In this document: positions 47,707 to 52,504 of the stretch, one piece after another
How the letters are laid out: every line of letters starts with the position of its first letter
Position numbering within the stretch: the first letter of the stretch is position 1
From: an uncultured bacterium
Lineage (GTDB): Bacteria; Electryoneota; RPQS01; CBDVBD01
Assembly: GCA_965372135.1 (NCBI GenBank)
Contig: CBDVBD010000002.1
Coordinates: 1-52,504 of the forward strand
Reading direction: 5' to 3'
Length of the DNA stretch: 52,504 nt
Made by a program: the position numbers and the translations under genes
Notes under the pieces: model-generated
Database searches by the model: none
What the model was told of the DNA's origin: nothing
The model's input: only the letters and a program-made list of their open reading frames with translations

Positions 47707-50091
47707 TTATTTTATCTTCGCCAACGCCATCGTGGTACTGATAATCACATCCGGATTCAGCGAAATCGAATCGATCTTATGTTTGACCAGAAATTTCGCA
47801 AAATCAGGAAAATCCGATGGCGCCTGACCGCAAATCCCAATTTTCCGCTTATACTTCTTCGCCGTTTTAATCACATCGGCAATCATTCGCCGGACCGCTT
47901 CGTTGTTTTCGTCCCCCACATGCGCAATCAACCCGGAATCCCGGTCCAATCCCAGCGTCAACTGCGTCAAATCGTTCGACCCAATCGAAAAGCCATCGAA
48001 AATCTCCGCAAACTTATCCGCCAGGATCACATTCGACGGAATTTCACACATCACGTATATTTCCAATCCGTTCTTGCCTTGCTTGAGTCCGTTGTCCGCC
48101 AAAGCTTTTATCACTTGTTTGCCTTCTTCTACCGTCCGGCAAAACGGCACCATCACCTTCACATTGTTCAGTCCCATCTCATCACGCACCTGTTTCAAAG
48201 CCTGACATTCCAAATCGAACGCCGGACGATACTCCGGGTCACAGTACCTTGATGCTCCCCGCCATCCGATCATCGGATTCCGCTCTTCCGGCTCGAATTC
48301 CCTGCCCCCCACCAAATCCGCATATTCGTTCGAGCGAAAATCCGCTAACCGCACCACGACTTCCTTCGGATAAAAAGCCGCTGCAATCGTTGCCACCCCA
48401 TGTGCCAGCTTATCCACATAGTACTCTTTCTTGTCGGAATACCCCGCCGTTATCTTTTCAATCTGCTTTTTTGCAGCCTTATCTTTCAGGTTCGGATAGT
48501 TCACCAACGCCATCGGATGCACTTTAATATACGAATTAATAATAAATTCCTCGCGTGCCAATCCCACCCCATCATTGGGAATTTGCGACATCTGAAACGC
48601 TAATTCCGGCGTCCCCAATATCATCTTTATTTGTGTATGATCCGGTCGTTTCAACTGATCTAATTTCGTGTGAGTCACCTTAAACGGCAATTTCCCTTCA
48701 TACACATTCCCCACATCCCCTTCCGCACATGATACTGTTATCATCTTCCCCTGAGGTATCTTATCCGTCGCCTTTTCAGCACCCACTATCGCCGGGATTC
48801 CCAATTCCCGGCTGATAATCGCCGCATGGGACGTCCTTCCCCCTTCGTTGGTGACAATAGCCGCCGCATTCTTCATAATCGGTTCCCAATCCGGATCCGT
48901 CATATACGTCACCAGCACTTCCCCTTTTTCGAACCGCTTGATATGTTTCACATCACGAATCACATTGGACAATCCCACCCCGATCTTGGAACCCGCTGGA
49001 GAGCCCGTCACTAATAATCTCCCCGTCTTTTCCAACGAATACTGCTCCAATACATTGCTTTCCCGCTGCGAAATCACCGTCTCCGGACGTGCCTGCACAA
49101 TGAATAGCTCTCCGGTGAGTCCATCTTTTGCCCATTCGATATCCATCGGCTTGAATCCGTTGGATTCTGTCGAATAGTGATCTTCGATAATCTTCGCCCA
49201 CTTCGCCAACTGCAGCACTTCCTCATCGCTAATAGAAAACTGAACGCGTTCCTTTTTAGGCGCTGACACCGTTTTCACCAGCACATTATTCGAGCCATAC
49301 ACCACTTTGGTGCGTTTCGTGCCCAATGACTTCGACACAATCGCATTGAATCCTTTTTCCATTGTCGGTTTATGCACATAAAATTCATCCGGACTCACCG
49401 CCCCTTGCACAATTCCTTCCCCCAAACCGTACGCCGAATTCAGCAAAATTATTTCCCGATGCCCCGATTCGGTATCGATGGTAAAAATCACTCCCGAAGC
49501 CGCCAGATCCGACCGTACCATCTTCATCACACAAATCGACAATCCGATATTGAAATGATCGAATTTCTTATTCTCCCGGTATGATAATGCCCGGTCGGTA
49601 AACATCGACGCATAACACCGCCGGCACGCATCGAGCAGTGCCCTTACTCCCCGGATATTCAAAAAAGTATCGTGCTGACCCGCGAACGACGCAGTCGCTA
49701 AATCTTCCGCAGTCCCCGATGATCTCACTGCTACATCAACATTCGTGCGGTATTACTGCTCCAACTTCCGGTAATTCTCCGTGATTGCCTGTTTCACTTC
49801 TCGCGGCAATGGTTGCGTGCGAATCAATTCCCGCACCTTGTGACCCCGCCGCTGCAAATTATGAATATTATCCGTGTTCAAATCGGACAGGATACTCTGG
49901 ATTTCCTCTTGTATGCCCGCTTGCTCGATAAATTGAGAATACGCTTCCGTCGTAATTGCAAATCCGTTGGGTACATTCACACCTTTGCTGTCGAGTTTCT
50001 GGTACAATTCCCCCAATGATGCGCTTTTGCCGCCTACCAACTGTATGTCCTTAATGTTGATGTCCTCAAACCAGCGAATTAAATCTGCCAT
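47707..50091 (-). pseudogene. ppsA: Phosphoenolpyruvate synthase (pyruvate, water dikinase) interrupted by a single in-frame TAA at 49753-49755
   Basis: Track ORFs 49753..50091 and 47707..49728 share a frame. The joined translation is ...[43 protein letters not shown], and the total length (about 794 codons) matches PpsA. The phosphohistidine region GGRTSHAAIISRELGIPA and the C-terminal PEP-utilizer motifs are intact. Confidence 0.8.
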
Positions 50092-50164
50092 GCATTTGTG
50101 CTCCTTACTTGTACCCTCATCCTATTCTCTTGTCGTATTAGCAGCTTATTTTATTCATACAATC

Positions 50165-51421
50165 TTAAGCAGTCTTCTTCATCGTATTTAAGAATGATGA
50201 TCGCAACGCATCACTCATCAACGCCCTCTTCACCGGTGGCAGCTTCAAAAATCCACCCACCACTCCCCGCATAAACTTATGACTCAATCGCCCCGGGTCG
50301 CTGAACATCTGGTTCTGCAATGTCCCCCGTTCTAAACACTGCAATATCACCCGTTCCATCGTATCTTCCGGATGAATAACCTTCTGTTCCCGCTTCACCA
50401 ACCTCATCGCTCCCCTCGCACATCGCAATCCACACACTCCACACCCAATACAGATCGATCTGTCAATATTGGGAATCCCCTCATCCAGCATTTGGATAGC
50501 ATCGATCGGACACCCCTCTGCGCAAATCCCACATTCCGAACATTTATCCACATTGCATTCAGCAATGAACGTCGACGTCATCACCGTATTGGGATATCCG
50601 AACTGACTGATCCCCAGCAGGATATTACAACAGCAACCGCAGCAATGACACATAAACGAGATATTCTGTTTCACATTGTCGGCAGTCAGCACCAATCCCA
50701 GATCCTTCGACCGCGCCAAATTGTCCATCATTTCTTCTTTGGAGACCATCTTTGCTAAACCACGGCTTGACATCCATTCCGTCCCTTGTCCAAACGTACT
50801 GCATGTTTCCAACGGCACGTCACATGGCTTGGCATCCACATGCAGCTTCTCATGGCGGCAGGAACAGATTCCTATCGCAAATTTTGTTTCATTTTCGACA
50901 ATGGCGGTTGCCTTTTCGTAGTCCAATACCTCCACATATTCGCCATCGTTGATCGCATCTTCCCACGGCAGCGTCCTCAGCACAGAAATCTTCTCCCCAT
51001 GACGAAAATTGGCGTGATAGAATGCGCCCTCTTCGGACAAATATTGATGGAACAGCTTCGCCCATTCTTTGTAGTGCAGTTCCCCCCGGGTACGCATCAT
51101 GGTAAATTCAAAAATCCCAATCACCATCGGCGAAATCATATACCGGTATCCACCCGGCAGCTTCAAATCCATCACCAAGCCTTTTTCGGCAAGGTTTTCC
51201 AGGATCGGTTGCAGCTTGGCACGATGGTATTTAGTGGTTTTCTCGACCTGATCCAACGTCGCCAATCCATATGGCATTTTCGCCACCACGTCCGCTTCTT
51301 CTTCGGTGTACAATTCCTTCAGGATTTTGTACAGCGTCTGGTTCCACGGCGCCCTCACCGTCAACCCATCGATCTTCCGACCCAGCTTCCGGTACACATC
51401 CTTCCCAACCATATGTCCCAT
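50165..51421 (-). CDS. Cys-rich 4Fe-4S dicluster domain protein, function unknown
   Basis: Two ferredoxin motifs (CSECGICAEGCP, CIGCGVCGLRCA) and a CHCCGCCC cluster are present. I prefer the ATG at 51421, which is preceded by GGAGG. The track ORF starts at 51463. Confidence 0.65.
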   Translation of the reverse strand: MGHMVGKDVYRKLGRKIDGLTVRAPWNQTLYKILKELYTEEEADVVAKMPYGLATLDQVEKTTKYHRAKLQPILENLAEKGLVMDLKLPGGYRYMISPMVIGIFEFTMMRTRGELHYKEWAKLFHQYLSEEGAFYHANFRHGEKISVLRTLPWEDAINDGEYVEVLDYEKATAIVENETKFAIGICSCRHEKLHVDAKPCDVPLETCSTFGQGTEWMSSRGLAKMVSKEEMMDNLARSKDLGLVLTADNVKQNISFMCHCCGCCCNILLGISQFGYPNTVMTSTFIAECNVDKCSECGICAEGCPIDAIQMLDEGIPNIDRSICIGCGVCGLRCARGAMRLVKREQKVIHPEDTMERVILQCLERGTLQNQMFSDPGRLSHKFMRGVVGGFLKLPPVKRALMSDALRSSFLNTMKKTA

Positions 51422-51498
51422 ATAAAATCCTCCGTGTCTGTCATCCTGCCCCCTATTTGTCATCCCGTCCGCCTGCTGGCGGAATGCGGGATCCAGTT

Positions 51499-51538
51499 CT
51501 TATCCCCCCTGCTATCTGCAGGGGGGAACAAAAGGGGG
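51499..51538. repeat. C-run/G-run hairpin element, copy 3 of 3
   Basis: TTAT-C6-TGC-TATCT-GCA-G6-AACAAAA-G6. It lies 78 nt upstream of the ATG at 51421. Confidence 0.75.
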
Positions 51539-51735
51539 GTCATTCGTAAGTCGGGTTCCGAAGCGTGAAAGGAGCCGAAGGTCCGCTTTCTGGCGGACTT
51601 GTCCGGCCACTGACGGAAAACCCGACATCCATCTTAGCCCCAAAGGGGCACCACAGAGTATCCCGCATGGGCGGGAAACGACCCAGGTCTATGTACCTGT
51701 ATTAAACATCCAAGTCCTGAAGGGGCGCCACATTC

Positions 51736-51768
51736 TCATCGGGGTAAAACCCTATTTTCCCCTGATGA
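51736..51768 (-). terminator. Long hairpin immediately after the SnoaL-like gene stop (possible terminator, no U-tail)
   Basis: On the minus strand the sequence is TCATCAGGGGAAAA-TAGGG-TTTTACCCCGATGA. Confidence 0.35.
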
Positions 51769-51775
51769 GATTTGG

Positions 51776-52306
51776 TTATTCCGTCTCCATTTCCGGCGGC
51801 ACCAACGTAAATCCCAACTGCTGATAAAACGCCAACACATTCCAGAACGTTTCGTCTTCTACAATCTTCCCATTTGCCACCCGGGTAATCGCCATTCCGG
51901 TGAATTGCACTGTCCTGCCGGTGGGAGGTAGTTCCCCCAAGGGTCCTAATTGGGTGCCGGTAATAGTGTAGCGCGACCAGATGATATCGCCTTTCACCAT
52001 CACTTCCTCGATCACACCGTGGAAATCGGGAAACGTTTCTGTATTTTGCGGGATGAAATCCTTGAATGCTTGGATGCCCACCATTGGTTCTGGCAGAACC
52101 GGATATTTCAACACGCAATTCTTATCGAATATCTTATCCACCAGTTCCACGTTACCTTCGTTCATAATTTCCATATACCGGTCCAGCAGCATTCGCCCTT
52201 CTTCTTCCGTCATCCCCTGTGGCTGTTGTTGCTGTTGCTGACACCCAATGGCAAAACAAACCATCATCACAGCAACAAGAACTACCCTTAAATACTTACC
52301 CATCAT
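51776..52306 (-). CDS. SnoaL-like (ester cyclase / NTF2-fold) lipoprotein
   Basis: The signal plus lipobox (FAIGCQQ) and a core resembling predicted ester cyclases (LLDRYMEIMNEGNVELVDKIFDKNCVLKYP...GVIEEVMVKGDIIWSRYTITGT) fit this family. Confidence 0.6.
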   Translation of the reverse strand: MMGKYLRVVLVAVMMVCFAIGCQQQQQQPQGMTEEEGRMLLDRYMEIMNEGNVELVDKIFDKNCVLKYPVLPEPMVGIQAFKDFIPQNTETFPDFHGVIEEVMVKGDIIWSRYTITGTQLGPLGELPPTGRTVQFTGMAITRVANGKIVEDETFWNVLAFYQQLGFTLVPPEMETE

Positions 52307-52504
52307 TTTCTCCTCTCATTATGTTGATTACCTCTTATTATCAATTGTGATTATACTCGCCGGATTTTAAATACAGGAAGTCATCATATTAAAAAATGTT
52401 TTTTCAATGTTTTTTGGTTAACTTTTTTCTATTCTTTTTTGGTTTCGTTTTTTTTCTTTCATGATTATTGAGTGTGTCTATCATTTCATGAAATTAAGTT
52501 TTTT

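Noticed and set aside
30255-50091. Possibility of an alternative genetic code (TAA/TAG reassigned), given in-frame stops in yqeY and ppsA
   Set aside because: The other conserved genes I checked here terminate at TAA, TAG or TGA at the expected length (pfk TAA, fba TAG, gap TGA, pgk TAA, tpiA TAA, rpsU TAA). Very long ORFs (1609, 999, 826, 790 aa) contain no internal TAR. The standard code with local nonsense mutations is more parsimonious.
52330-52504. T-rich low-complexity tract at the window end
   Set aside because: It is probably just the AT-rich upstream promoter region of the SnoaL-like gene on the minus strand. It is truncated by the window edge, and no defined repeat unit is visible.

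Overview
This 52.5 kb window looks like chromosomal DNA from a roughly 50% GC bacterium of the Fibrobacteres-Chlorobi-Bacteroidetes (FCB) type. The taxonomic pointers are a T9SS C-terminal sorting domain, a gingipain-like C25 peptidase and CarboxypepD_reg-type TonB-dependent receptors. Most of it is housekeeping or accessory metabolism, and I could not identify a known multi-gene defense, CRISPR or secretion system.

Main content, in order:
- Two paralogous alkaline-phosphatase-superfamily phosphodiesterases.
- A roughly 1585 aa secreted C25 peptidase.
- A TonB-dependent receptor with a partner lipoprotein, divergent from a ZIP metal transporter.
- A Tat-exported, selenocysteine-containing formate dehydrogenase (fdhA with in-frame UGA plus SECIS, fdhB) with fdhE, fdhD and mobA.
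- A second TonB-dependent receptor.
- A glycolytic operon pfk-fba-gap-pgk-tpiA, then secG, tRNA-Leu(GAG), rpsU, a decayed yqeY, cvpA and mutS2.
- An outer-membrane beta-barrel protein, a thioredoxin-like protein and a class V aminotransferase.
- A methyltransferase, a cupin, a large polytopic membrane protein, a DJ-1/PfpI protein and oligopeptidase B.
- A chimeric DUF3052-like/AT-rich gene, an M23 peptidase with a T9SS sorting domain, ppsA (interrupted by one in-frame TAA), a Cys-rich Fe-S protein and a SnoaL-like lipoprotein.

Leads not explained by ordinary annotation:
1. A 1.6 kb AT-richer island lies between tpiA and secG. It is flanked by 74 bp direct repeats that differ only at synonymous sites. 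It carries an MNT nucleotidyltransferase with no HEPN partner, followed by a PD-(D/E)xK nuclease-like gene.
2. A conserved C-run/G-run hairpin element occurs three times, always 5' of minus-strand genes.
3. A candidate small membrane selenoprotein (UGA plus a SECIS-like hairpin) sits just upstream of the cysteine-desulfurase-like gene.
4. A gene fuses a DUF3052-like domain to a low-GC segment that ends in an Rx4H (HEPN-like) motif.
5. Two conserved genes (yqeY, ppsA) are broken only by in-frame TAA/TAG codons, with no frameshifts.

All functional calls come from motif recognition by eye. No database search was run.
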